NCBI GenBank assembly: GCA_963704435.1
Contig: OY969902.1
Span: 600,001 to 632,000, forward strand
Reading direction: 5' to 3'
DNA: 32,000 nucleotides
DNA from: an uncultured archaeon
Lineage (GTDB): Archaea > Micrarchaeota > Micrarchaeia > Micrarchaeales > CABMGC01
Part shown: one piece after another, positions 18,101-25,666 of the stretch
Layout: each line of letters starts with the position of its first letter
Position numbering within the stretch: the first letter of the stretch is position 1
Notes under the pieces: model-generated
The model's database searches: none
Told to the model about the DNA's origin: nothing
What the model saw: only the letters and a program-made list of their open reading frames with translations
Position numbers and translations under genes: made by a program

Positions 18101-18651
18101 CCGAAGTGCAGGTCGAGCTGGTCGAGAACAGGCTGAACGGGCACGGCGCGTTCAGCGATCTGCGTTTCACACACGAGTCCACGATAGATGCCATAAGGCT
18201 CTCGCCCAAGCGCAGCTATTACACCCAACTGGAGACGATGGACGAGAAGATAGAGGCGGAGTTCAAGCTCATGGACATGCTCAGCTCTATAGACAAGAGG
18301 GACACCGCCAAGCGGCTGATCATGAGCCACTTCATACCCGACCTGATAGGCAACATGCACTCGTTCTCCAAGCAGAGGTTCAGGTGCGTATCCTGCAACG
18401 CTAAGTACAGGCGCGTTCCGCTCGTCGGGAAGTGCACTCGCGACGGAGGAAAGCTCCTGCTCACGATATCCAAGGGCAGCATAGAGAAGTACCTCGACAC
18501 AGCCACCACACTCGCCAATAGGTACGACTTGGACAACTACACCAAGCAGAGGATTGCGCTGATAAAGGACGAGATAGACGCGGTCTTCGGGAGCTTCGCG
18601 CTCAATGCAGAGGAGAACCAGGGCCAATTCAACCTAGTGAAGTTCCTGTAG
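15193..18651 (+). CDS. polC: DNA polymerase II (PolD) large subunit DP2
   Basis: 1152 aa. The N-terminus ...YFKELEEKFQEAYVVATNARARGYDPRDSVE matches DP2 N-termini, and Zn-finger clusters are present (CSSCG..CYNCG, CPKCN..CAVCG, CVSCN..C). No intein-sized insertion is present. The start is TTG 15193. Confidence 0.95.
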   Translation: MDTESYFKELEEKFQEAYVVATNARARGYDPRDSVEIRVAPDLAGKVEGLMNVKGLAELISKHQEGKSRAELAFAMVKEICTNHDFDGYEAFERILLAVRTGLAIYTEGILVAPTEGVQGIGHFRNQDNSDYISVIYAGPIRSAGGTAVALSVAFADLARKYFNIGEYKVTPDETERYIEEVELYHTRVVGLQYKPSAEEIKTVVGNCSVCIDGLPTEDMEVSVHANLSRTQYDGKSVGITNRIRGGVPLVLSSVVMKAKKVLKELGKTEIDWSWLNGIIAVNKQDKKDGEKEKDSKAAFLDELVAGRPVLAYPKHIGGFRLRYGRSRTTGIAAKGFSPATAILTAEYIAIGTQLKVELPGKGCVAAPVDTIEGPFVRLKSGEALRVDDAETAQALREEVAEIISMGDILITYGDFRNTNTPLQPSSYVEEFWEAQLNAAAKERPAVDHRRISFRDAYALSLKHGIPIHPKFLFEFQAVSKEDLASLAAAIAGATASAPAGLFDLDRIELPSGLEGVKRTLELLNVPHKVIDGKIVVNDGFAQSLLASLGFVSRDGKLNTEDSVMERYAEECADALALVNRLAPFKVAKRSTFIGARIGRPEKAKERLMKPSPNVLFPIGEFGGKGRNLSNAYVYDANRFGRQSIKVEIARYKCSSCGVPLDGPYCYNCGIHASIERKCPKCNSVGDGRKCAVCGSETVAYAEKSIDFARLVASANTKLGVSHLPKQVKGVRGLMNRDKIAEPLEKGILRAMHGVYIFKDGTARFDATDQPLTHFYPKEMGVTAEQLRGLGYDKDASGAELASDEQLVELKHQDVIMNKRGAEYLLNVAKFVDDLLQRLYGLEPYYNAFSAQDMFGKLVLTLAPHTSCAVLNRIVGFTDANVGFAHPYTIAARRRNCDGDEDTTMLLLDALINFSKDYLPTNIGGTMDEPLLLSTRIRPEEVDNEVHSMEVAGSYSLEFYEKTMAGASPSEVQVELVENRLNGHGAFSDLRFTHESTIDAIRLSPKRSYYTQLETMDEKIEAEFKLMDMLSSIDKRDTAKRLIMSHFIPDLIGNMHSFSKQRFRCVSCNAKYRRVPLVGKCTRDGGKLLLTISKGSIEKYLDTATTLANRYDLDNYTKQRIALIKDEIDAVFGSFALNAEENQGQFNLVKFL

Positions 18652-18664
18652 GGCCTGGCCGCGG

Positions 18665-19990
18665 CTATTCTGCGTTTACGGACTTTACCGCTCCCTCCAA
18701 TATGTCTAGTCCCCTTTCTACGTTCTCTTTCGACATGGTTATCGGGGGAATAATCCGTATCGCTGACTTGCCAGCCGGCAGGAGGAGAAGTCCCCTGTTG
18801 AAGCACTCGAATATCACCGTGTTCCTGGCCTTATCTGCGTAATCCTTTGTATCCTTGCTCTTCACGAGCTCCATCCCTATCATGAGCCCTATTCCCCTTA
18901 CGTCACCCACAATCTCATACCTCTCCCTCATTTCATGGAGCCTTTTCATGATAATCGCCCCTTTGGTCTTGACCTGCCCTTGTAGGTCCCGCATGTTCCT
19001 TTTGACATAGTCCAGGGAGGCATTGGCAGCTGCGACCGCAAGCAGATTCCCGCCGAAGGTGTTAGCATGGGCCCCTCGCGGTATGTCCCCGAGCGACCTC
19101 CGCGTCACAGTGGCGCCGAAAGGAAGTCCTCCTCCAAGCGCCTTTGCCATGCTATAGATGTCTGCCTCAATCCCGAAATTGTCTAGCGCGAGGAACTTGC
19201 CCGTCCGCATGTAGCCCGACTGGACCTCGTCAGCCACTAGGAGAATTCCATTGTCGCTCGCGAGTTTCCGCAGCTCTCTCATGAACGACTTCGGGGGCAC
19301 TATATATCCGCCCTCCCCCTGCACGGGCTCGACGAATATTGCAGCCACCTCTTCAGGCGCGACCTCCTTCTCAAGTATCACATCCTTCAATTGGGATATG
19401 CAGAACCTGCTGCACTCCTCCGCGTCGCCGTAAGGGAACCTATAGGAATAGGGGTAAGGCGCGTGGATTACCGAATTGAATGGTCCGAAGTGCTCCCTTT
19501 GTACCTTGTTTGATGCCGTCAGGCCCAGAGAGCCCTGAGTCCTGCCATGGAAAGCATTGTAAAAAGAGATGACGTACTGCCTCTTCGTGAATATCTTGGC
19601 GAACTTTATCGCTGCCTCGTTCGCCTCGGTGCCCGAGTTCGAGAGGAAGACGCGCCCGAAACCGTTGGGGAACATCGTAATGAGCTTCTCCGCGAACCTC
19701 ACAGGATGCTCGGAGTAGAAATCTGTGAATGCGGGGTGCATTAGCCTGTCGACCTGGGCCTTTACCGCATTTCTAATCTCCGCGTTGGCATTCACGCCTA
19801 GGTTGTAGACTGAAATGAAGCTCGAGAAGTCTATGAACCTGTTGCCTGAAACGTCATAGGCGTAATCCCCTCCTCCGTGATCAGACACAAAAGTATGCTT
19901 CGGGAAAGGCCCGCGGGTCGTAGTCAGCATGACCTTGCTGTCCCTTTTGATCACGTCGCTTATCCTCCTATCGATCTTTACGCGCATCAA
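18665..19990 (-). CDS. Class-III PLP-dependent aminotransferase (GabT/ArgD-like)
   Basis: Carries SNSGTEANEAAIKFA, DEVQSGYMRTGK and SMAKALGGGLP (PLP lysine) motifs and is 441 aa. Substrate cannot be assigned from sequence alone. Confidence 0.85.
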   Translation of the reverse strand: MMRVKIDRRISDVIKRDSKVMLTTTRGPFPKHTFVSDHGGGDYAYDVSGNRFIDFSSFISVYNLGVNANAEIRNAVKAQVDRLMHPAFTDFYSEHPVRFAEKLITMFPNGFGRVFLSNSGTEANEAAIKFAKIFTKRQYVISFYNAFHGRTQGSLGLTASNKVQREHFGPFNSVIHAPYPYSYRFPYGDAEECSRFCISQLKDVILEKEVAPEEVAAIFVEPVQGEGGYIVPPKSFMRELRKLASDNGILLVADEVQSGYMRTGKFLALDNFGIEADIYSMAKALGGGLPFGATVTRRSLGDIPRGAHANTFGGNLLAVAAANASLDYVKRNMRDLQGQVKTKGAIIMKRLHEMRERYEIVGDVRGIGLMIGMELVKSKDTKDYADKARNTVIFECFNRGLLLLPAGKSAIRIIPPITMSKENVERGLDILEGAVKSVNAE

Positions 19991-20080
19991 ATTCAGTGTA
20001 GATTCAGAATAAAGGTTATTATTGCTTGCTGACCTGCGCTGGAGAGAAGAGCTGCCACGGCGTGCCAGTCCGCTCGCGGA

Positions 20081-20659
20081 TCATATGATATTTTCTTTCA
20101 CTCCGTAATTTACCAGCTTCGCCAACTGCAGGAGGTTTTCCAACATTGCCTTGATTCGTGTCTGCGTTTCGGCGTCGGTCAACTTGCCGTTCTGGTCGAA
20201 CTTGGTGTCTGCATAAGGAACCAGCACAACGGGCTTGTTCAGCACAAATGCGTTGAGGTATGAGAGTATGTGGCGAAGATGATACTGCGCCACCACCCCT
20301 CCTCCGAGCTCTGTGGATGCGCTCAAAATGCCTACGGCTTTTCTATCCATGGAATTATTCCCGTACGGCCTAGATATCCACTCCAACGCATTCTTGAGCA
20401 CCGCAGGCACAGTATTGTCGTATTCTGGAGTCGCTATGATGATGGCATGCGCGGCCATTATCTTCGCCTTGAATTCCTTGACCTGTTCCGGAAGGTTATT
20501 CTCCAAATCGCGGTTGAATGCGGGGATGCCTTCAATCGTGCACTTTTCAACGGTTACCCCGCTAGGCGCTAGCGCCTTAACGGCGTCAATCAGCATGCCG
20601 TTGTAAGACCTCTTGCTTATGCTCCCTGAAATCGCCAGTATCGTGATTTCTCCTTCCAT
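20081..20659 (-). CDS. NAD(P)H-dependent FMN reductase family protein
   Basis: ILAISGSISKRSYN and ATPEYDNTVPAVLKNALEW are flavodoxin-like FMN_red motifs. ATG 20659 is preceded by GAGGTGG. The track start GTG 20707 abuts a TATA box and is unlikely. Confidence 0.8.
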   Translation of the reverse strand: MEGEITILAISGSISKRSYNGMLIDAVKALAPSGVTVEKCTIEGIPAFNRDLENNLPEQVKEFKAKIMAAHAIIIATPEYDNTVPAVLKNALEWISRPYGNNSMDRKAVGILSASTELGGGVVAQYHLRHILSYLNAFVLNKPVVLVPYADTKFDQNGKLTDAETQTRIKAMLENLLQLAKLVNYGVKENII

Positions 20660-20719
20660 TTTTCCACCTCTCAAATTCTCCAATAATCGGAATAACTGCC
20701 TGTGCACATATAAATATTA

Positions 20720-20857
20720 GAGCCGTAGCCGGAGAAAGCTCCGGCCCTTTAAAACACGAGGAGCACCTACCGGCTCATATCTTGAGCGTGAGGCGGCTTT
20801 CGCCGCCCCTATTCCTGGGTGATGCCAGCTCTTTACTGGCAGCACTATATGGGAGTG
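20720..20857. other. Cluster of GC-rich hairpins in a 340-nt intergenic region (candidate structured RNA, strand unresolved)
   Basis: The outer pairing GAGCCG (20720-20725)/CGGCTC (20771-20776) encloses GCCGGAG-aaag-CTCCGGC. It is followed by GGCGGC-tttc-GCCGCC (a GAAA tetraloop if transcribed from the - strand), TGCCAG-ctcttta-CTGGCA and GCACT-atatggg-AGTGC. Confidence 0.25.
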
Positions 20858-20860
20858 CAA

Positions 20861-20922
20861 GTTTATATATTTTACTCAAAGTAAAGAAAGGGCATTGGAT
20901 ATAAATATTTTACTCATGTAAA
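20861..20922. promoter_or_regulatory. Two tandem AT-rich TATA-like boxes, each fused to a TTTAC-N4/5-GTAAA palindrome
   Basis: The 12-nt direct repeat ATATTTTACTCA occurs at 20867-20878 and 20905-20916. Palindrome TTTACtcaaaGTAAA is at 20871-20885 and TTTACtcatGTAAA at 20909-20922. Confidence 0.45.
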
Positions 20923-20951
20923 TAAATCAAAAGAAAGAGCGCGACCGACGC

Positions 20952-20979
20952 TATAAAAACAGGTATGGCATTTTGCCAT
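20952..20979 (+). promoter_or_regulatory. TATA-like box plus perfect inverted repeat ATGGCA-ttt-TGCCAT upstream of the 21012 gene
   Basis: TATAAAAA is at 20952-20959 and the 6+6 bp inverted repeat is at 20965-20979, placing it near the expected transcription start. Confidence 0.4.
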
Positions 20980-21011
20980 CGGCATAGCCGCTTCTATTTT
21001 TGGGTGATAGC

Positions 21012-21413
21012 ATGAGAGTTAGTGGAAAGAATGGAAGAACGAAGGGAAATCTGGAGGAGGCAGTATCGGAGCTTGTGGCGCAGTACGCGAGAACGAAGCG
21101 CGAGGAAGAGACGGCAAGGGAATACGGATCCGTAATAAAAGGGATCGCTGAAGCAACTCGCGAACTCGCGAACGCTGCCGTCGTGGCTGCAGAGTGCGGC
21201 AAGATGGCGCGCTACAGGCGCTACGAGGCCAGGTATTACGTAAGCAGCAGGGGAGTGAACGGGAACCTGGTACGTAGCTGGGAGGAGGAAAAACCTGATG
21301 AGGAAGCAACTGGGGCCGATGCCCCTTCCTCCCCCGAGGTCGGACGCGTAATGCTTATTCTGAAACGGGCCATACGCAAAGTGATTTCTGGCGGAACGCC
21401 AGTCCGAAATTAA
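21012..21413 (+). CDS. Hypothetical protein (helical, charged; no recognised family)
   Basis: The frame is RNY-biased and the competing antisense ORFs look non-coding. The start is ATG 21012 (track uses TTG 21000). nfo follows 24 nt downstream, suggesting co-transcription. Confidence 0.45.
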   Translation: MRVSGKNGRTKGNLEEAVSELVAQYARTKREEETAREYGSVIKGIAEATRELANAAVVAAECGKMARYRRYEARYYVSSRGVNGNLVRSWEEEKPDEEATGADAPSSPEVGRVMLILKRAIRKVISGGTPVRN

Positions 21414-21437
21414 TATTTTTGGCTTTACAATAGAAAC

Positions 21438-22274
21438 ATGCTAAGGATCGGCTACCACGTTTCCATATCCGGGCGCATTGATCTGGCCTTCGACAGGGCG
21501 AAGGAGAGCGGTTGCACTGCCATGCAGGTATTTCTGAGCAATCCTAGGGGATGGGGCGCAAGGGAACTGACCAGGGAGGAAATAGACGCGTTCAGATTGA
21601 AATCGAGAAGCTTCGGGATATCGCCCGTGCTTGCGCACATGACGTACCTGCCGAACATCGCCTCTCCGAACGAGTTCGCGTACAAGAAATCCTTAGAAGC
21701 GCTGGGTTTCGCGCTTGGGAGATGCCATGAGCTTGGTATAAGTCACATAGTTACCCATCTCGGAAGCCACGTGGGGAAAGGAAAAGAGGAGGGCTTCTCG
21801 CGGATAGTTTCTGCGTTCAGTGCAGTCCGCGACGCTGCGAAGGGAATGTCTATTCTGCTGGAGAATGAAGCTGGACAGAGGAACAGCGTGGGTTCGCGCC
21901 TTGAAGATCTTTCAGAAATCCACGACAGAGTGAGGGATGAAGTGCCGAATCTGGATGTCGGCTTCTGCATAGATACCTGCCACCTTTTCGAAGCTGGCTA
22001 CGACCTGAGGAAAAGCGAGGTGGTGGGAGAGATATTTGACGCGCTGGGCAGGCCGAACATAAAGGCAATACACCTGAACGACGCGCGATACGAGCTGGGG
22101 CGCGGACTGGACCGGCATGAGAACATAGGCAAGGGCCACATTGGCATAGGCGGGTTCAAGACATTTCTCAATTTTGACAGGGTGAAGAACCTACCGATGA
22201 TAATGGAGACCCCGTGGAGGAGCCCCGCGTCCGACATGCAGCAGATAAGGCTGGTCGAGCGCCTGATAAGGTAA
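21438..22274 (+). CDS. nfo: Endonuclease IV (AP endonuclease family 2)
   Basis: Carries GYHVS, HLGSH, LENEAG, CIDTCHLFEAGYD, HLND and DRHENIG motifs of the Nfo TIM-barrel family. Length is 278 aa. Confidence 0.9.
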   Translation: MLRIGYHVSISGRIDLAFDRAKESGCTAMQVFLSNPRGWGARELTREEIDAFRLKSRSFGISPVLAHMTYLPNIASPNEFAYKKSLEALGFALGRCHELGISHIVTHLGSHVGKGKEEGFSRIVSAFSAVRDAAKGMSILLENEAGQRNSVGSRLEDLSEIHDRVRDEVPNLDVGFCIDTCHLFEAGYDLRKSEVVGEIFDALGRPNIKAIHLNDARYELGRGLDRHENIGKGHIGIGGFKTFLNFDRVKNLPMIMETPWRSPASDMQQIRLVERLIR

Positions 22275-22341
22275 GACTTCGCGTTTCCGTCTGCATGCGC
22301 AGCTAATTTTTCTGTTTCAGATTTCTTCTTGGGTGTTATCT

Positions 22342-24033
22342 ATGTTTTTCAAAAATCACGATGAGATAAGGTTGGGGAAGGTCGTTAGGGAGCTTCGGCT
22401 CAAGGGCTTCTTCGGAAGCGTCAGGTGGAAATGGCGCAGGGTGCACTTCAGGAACGCCTCCCTGTCCCTAAACCGCTCGCTCAACTCCCACATAGTCTTG
22501 GTCGGCGAGAGTGGCAGCGGCAAGTCAAACGCCTGCAAGACACTGCTGCGCGAGATTGCGGCAAAGGGGGCGAGCTTCGTAGTATTCGACGCGCACGACG
22601 AGTACGTCGGTCTGGCAGAGTCCCTCGGCGCAGACGTCTATGACGCCACCTACACAGGAATGAACCTGTTCGATATGCCCGGCAGGAGCGACAAGGAGAA
22701 GGCGAGCGAGACGTCCGGGACGCTCAGGCGCATACTCGGACTAGGCCACATGCAGGCTTACCTGCTCTACAAGGCCATACTCTATACCTATCAGATATCA
22801 GAGTCAAGGGGCCGCGAGCCGGGAATGCGCGACCTTATGTACACGATAAAGGTATTCGAGAGGCACGCGAAGGGCAGTGAGCTCAGCGTGCTGCGCTCGC
22901 TGGAGCACAGGCTGACGCCCCTGTCGCTCAGCGCCCATTCGGGCAGCGTGAAGGCCGATGCGCTGATGCGCGCCAGGAGCGTCTTCGCGCTCGGCCGGCT
23001 CGGGAATGCCGAGGCGCAGGCAGTCTACATTGAGGGCTTCCTGAGGAAGCTCTATGAGGCGATGCTCGCGGGCGAGAAGAGCAAGTCGACGCGCTTTTTC
23101 GTTGTCATAGAGGAGGCGGGCAAGCTTGGCGACGGATCCATGCTCGCGCGCCTTGCCGCCGAGGGCAGGAAGTACGGGATAGGCATCGTGGTGGTTGCGC
23201 AGCGCGCCAAGGCCCTGGACAGGGAGATAAGGAGCAACGCCGAGCTCTTCGCGGCGTTCTACCAGCGCGAGCCGGAGGAGTTGAACTACGTCGCTAACAT
23301 AATAGCAAGCGGGAACGAGCTCAACAGGTTCACCGAGGTGAAGAAGGCGCTACGCAACCTGGGGCGCGGGATGGCCGTGGTGACGAGGAGCAGGGGAGAG
23401 CCCCAGGTGGTGAGATTTGCTCCGTGCGAGTGCGCCGAGCGCAGCCTGAGCCTTGACCTAGTCAGCGCTTCGAGAGAGGCCACCGGGAAGGGAGAGCTCT
23501 ACGGAAAGCTTGTCGCGAAGGGATTCGCCGAAACCGAGATAGCCAAAAGGGCAAGGAGGCTCATAGAAACCGGGACGCTACGCTATCACGTGGTGCCAGA
23601 TGGAGAATATCAGGGAGTCTGGTACATTGCGATGCCCAAGAACAGCGCCGAGCACGAAGTGATGGTCAGCTTGATGAGCCGGCATCTGCGCGAGCACGGA
23701 ATAAGGAACAGGATATACAACAGCTCCTTCGGGCCCGACATAATAGTGTTCGCGCAGGGAGGGAAGCGCGCGGCCATCGAGTACGAGACCGGATCCAAGA
23801 AGACCGAGGAGACCGAGAGGATGCTGGAGAGGCGCAAGAAGCAATACGGCAAAATCGTAGTCGTAGTGAACGACGCGTTTTACGGAGAGTATTCAAAGCT
23901 TCAGGGAGTGGCTGTCGTTAAGGCGTCGGAAGTATTCGATATGCTCACCAAGGAGTTCTCGGTCATAACCGAGCTCACTTCATCGCAAGCGCAGGGCCGC
24001 GATGCCGTCAGCTCCGCGCCTGGTCCTGGATGA
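22342..24033 (+). CDS. HerA/DUF87-type P-loop ATPase fused to C-terminal wHTH-like and Hjc/PD-(D/E)xK-like domain
   Basis: Walker A is VLVGESGSGKSN (nt 22504-22527), followed by FVVFDAHDEY, Walker B FFVVIEEAGK, and EGRKYGIGIVVVAQRAKALD (HerA-like arginine-finger region). The N-terminus before Walker A is only about 55 aa, so there is no HAS barrel. The C-terminus (aa ~438-490) reads AEHE...GPDIIVF...AIEYETGSKK. The start is ATG 22342 or GTG 22333. Confidence 0.7.
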   Translation: MFFKNHDEIRLGKVVRELRLKGFFGSVRWKWRRVHFRNASLSLNRSLNSHIVLVGESGSGKSNACKTLLREIAAKGASFVVFDAHDEYVGLAESLGADVYDATYTGMNLFDMPGRSDKEKASETSGTLRRILGLGHMQAYLLYKAILYTYQISESRGREPGMRDLMYTIKVFERHAKGSELSVLRSLEHRLTPLSLSAHSGSVKADALMRARSVFALGRLGNAEAQAVYIEGFLRKLYEAMLAGEKSKSTRFFVVIEEAGKLGDGSMLARLAAEGRKYGIGIVVVAQRAKALDREIRSNAELFAAFYQREPEELNYVANIIASGNELNRFTEVKKALRNLGRGMAVVTRSRGEPQVVRFAPCECAERSLSLDLVSASREATGKGELYGKLVAKGFAETEIAKRARRLIETGTLRYHVVPDGEYQGVWYIAMPKNSAEHEVMVSLMSRHLREHGIRNRIYNSSFGPDIIVFAQGGKRAAIEYETGSKKTEETERMLERRKKQYGKIVVVVNDAFYGEYSKLQGVAVVKASEVFDMLTKEFSVITELTSSQAQGRDAVSSAPGPG

Positions 24034-24751
24034 ACTCTGAGGCTGCCCTAGCCACTTCCTCCGGGTGCATGTAATGAGGCACATGGCCCGCACCCTTCAC
24101 CACCACCAGTCTGCTCCCCGCTATGTATTCGTTGAACAGCCTTGCGTACTTTATCGGAATGGTGCTGTCCTGCTCCCCCCAGAGAACAAGCGCGGGCTTA
24201 ACGATGGATCCAAGGCTCTCTCTCGTAAGGTATTCTTCCTTACGGTCGGTCCTCAAGGAGCTTTCCAATACCCGCTCGTCGAGCCCGAGCATCCTCGCCT
24301 CCCTGCGCCACCCCTCCTTGAACTCTTCGCCTCGGTTCTCCCTTGCAATGTCTTCGTAGTGGTCTTTCAGTCCCACCGAGTCCTCTAGCATCACGCCCCT
24401 TCCCTCGAACTTACCTTGCGCTATCGAGGCAGCTATCCATCCCCCATATGAGTGGCCGAACAGGTAGCAGCCCCCCAGCCCCTCAAGGATCATGAATTCG
24501 GAAACCATGCGGACCTGGATTGCGACGGAGTAATCCACCTTCGGAGCATCGGACTTCCCATGGCCGAGCAGGTCCAGGAGGCAGACGTCCAACCCAGAGT
24601 CCAGTTTCTCCAGCAGTCTTGCCCAGGTCTGCGTGCTCGCCGCGAACCCGTGGAGGAACAGCACCACTGCCCCGCTCCCCCGCCTGCGCTTGTAGTGCAC
24701 CCTGCCCAGGCTGGTTTCGCAGAACAGATCCTCCAGATCCTCATACAGCAC
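24008..24751 (-). CDS. Alpha/beta-fold hydrolase
   Basis: HGFAAS oxyanion region, GHSYGG nucleophile elbow and a C-terminal GAGHVPH catalytic-His motif; 247 aa. Its 3' end overlaps the convergent ATPase gene by 26 nt. Confidence 0.8.
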   Translation of the reverse strand: MLYEDLEDLFCETSLGRVHYKRRRGSGAVVLFLHGFAASTQTWARLLEKLDSGLDVCLLDLLGHGKSDAPKVDYSVAIQVRMVSEFMILEGLGGCYLFGHSYGGWIAASIAQGKFEGRGVMLEDSVGLKDHYEDIARENRGEEFKEGWRREARMLGLDERVLESSLRTDRKEEYLTRESLGSIVKPALVLWGEQDSTIPIKYARLFNEYIAGSRLVVVKGAGHVPHYMHPEEVARAASEFIQDQARS

Positions 24752-24799
24752 GCAATCAGCCGCGCAGATATGTCTCCTTAATTTAATATTCCTGCAGGG

Positions 24800-25666
24800 T
24801 CACGCACTGCTCAGCAGCCTGCGGAGCAGCGGCACGGTGCCCAACTCGTCGCTCAGTCTCCCATAGGCGTAGCCTGTCCACCGCCTTCCGAAAGGAACGC
24901 CTATCGCTACTCGGTAGCCGAGGCTGGCCAACTCCTCAGCATATTTGCTCTTCACTCCGATTGGAATCTCATAGGTCACTCTCTTCCGATAGGACCTGCC
25001 GAGCAGCATGGCCTCGTCCATTATCCCAGGATCATGCGTCGCGATCGTGAATGCCTTAGCGCTCCTGAACAGGTATCCCATGAGCCTCGTGTAGCTTGAA
25101 TCGATCTCGCTTTTTGTGGTGAAAGCCACTCTCCTGTTTCCCGGAGACCCTTTTACGAGCCTTATTACTGCGCCGTCGCCAACCAGCGACCTCATGTCCT
25201 GCTCCGTCCTCCTAAGGCATGCGCGGAGGCTTATCCCCACGCCGCCCTTTCCCATCTGCCTCCGGTAGATCGCCACTGTCGCGTCGGCAGTCTCGTGCGA
25301 TTCCGCGCCCAGCCAGACGAACACCCCCTGCTTTCTGGCCCTGTTAGCGATGCTCTCATAGCTCCTCCTCGCAAGTACTCTGCTCGTATCAAGCCCGAGT
25401 TGCGTGATTCCGAGGGAAATTTCAGAATCCAGCTCGCTCCTCCCTATCGCCTTTATCAGGCGCTGGTAGGTCGATACTACGTCCGCCACGGCCCATTTTT
25501 CGCTAGACCTACCACCAAGATAGCTTATCACCGCGGTCTCACGTAGCGATTTCAGGTCAGCCGCTCTGTCCACAGCGTCCTTTATCCGCGCGCCGGCTAC
25601 CCACCTGCCTGCGAACGCCTTCTCGGCGATTCCATCTATGTCGAACTTTGATTTCATCGCATTCAT
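24800..25666 (-). CDS. Proline dehydrogenase family protein (monofunctional PRODH-like)
   Basis: IRLVKGS, TIATHDP, YEIPIGV and VPFGRRWTGYAYGRLSE resemble the PutA PRODH barrel C-terminal signatures (LVKGAY, ATHN, Y.P.G..w.Y..RR..E). Length is 288 aa. Confidence 0.7.
   Translation of the reverse strand: MNAMKSKFDIDGIAEKAFAGRWVAGARIKDAVDRAADLKSLRETAVISYLGGRSSEKWAVADVVSTYQRLIKAIGRSELDSEISLGITQLGLDTSRVLARRSYESIANRARKQGVFVWLGAESHETADATVAIYRRQMGKGGVGISLRACLRRTEQDMRSLVGDGAVIRLVKGSPGNRRVAFTTKSEIDSSYTRLMGYLFRSAKAFTIATHDPGIMDEAMLLGRSYRKRVTYEIPIGVKSKYAEELASLGYRVAIGVPFGRRWTGYAYGRLSDELGTVPLLRRLLSSA

Noticed and set aside
20660-20707. N-terminal extension of the FMN reductase ORF to GTG 20707.
   Set aside because: The GTG directly abuts the TATA-like TTTATAT box, so it would lie upstream of the transcript start. 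ATG 20659 has a GAGGTGG Shine-Dalgarno-like sequence and gives a typical N-terminus.
20720-20857. The idea that the hairpin cluster upstream of the FMN reductase gene is an FMN (RFN) riboswitch.
   Set aside because: I found none of the conserved RFN core segments I recall, and FMN riboswitches are not established in archaea. It is retained only as an unassigned structured element.
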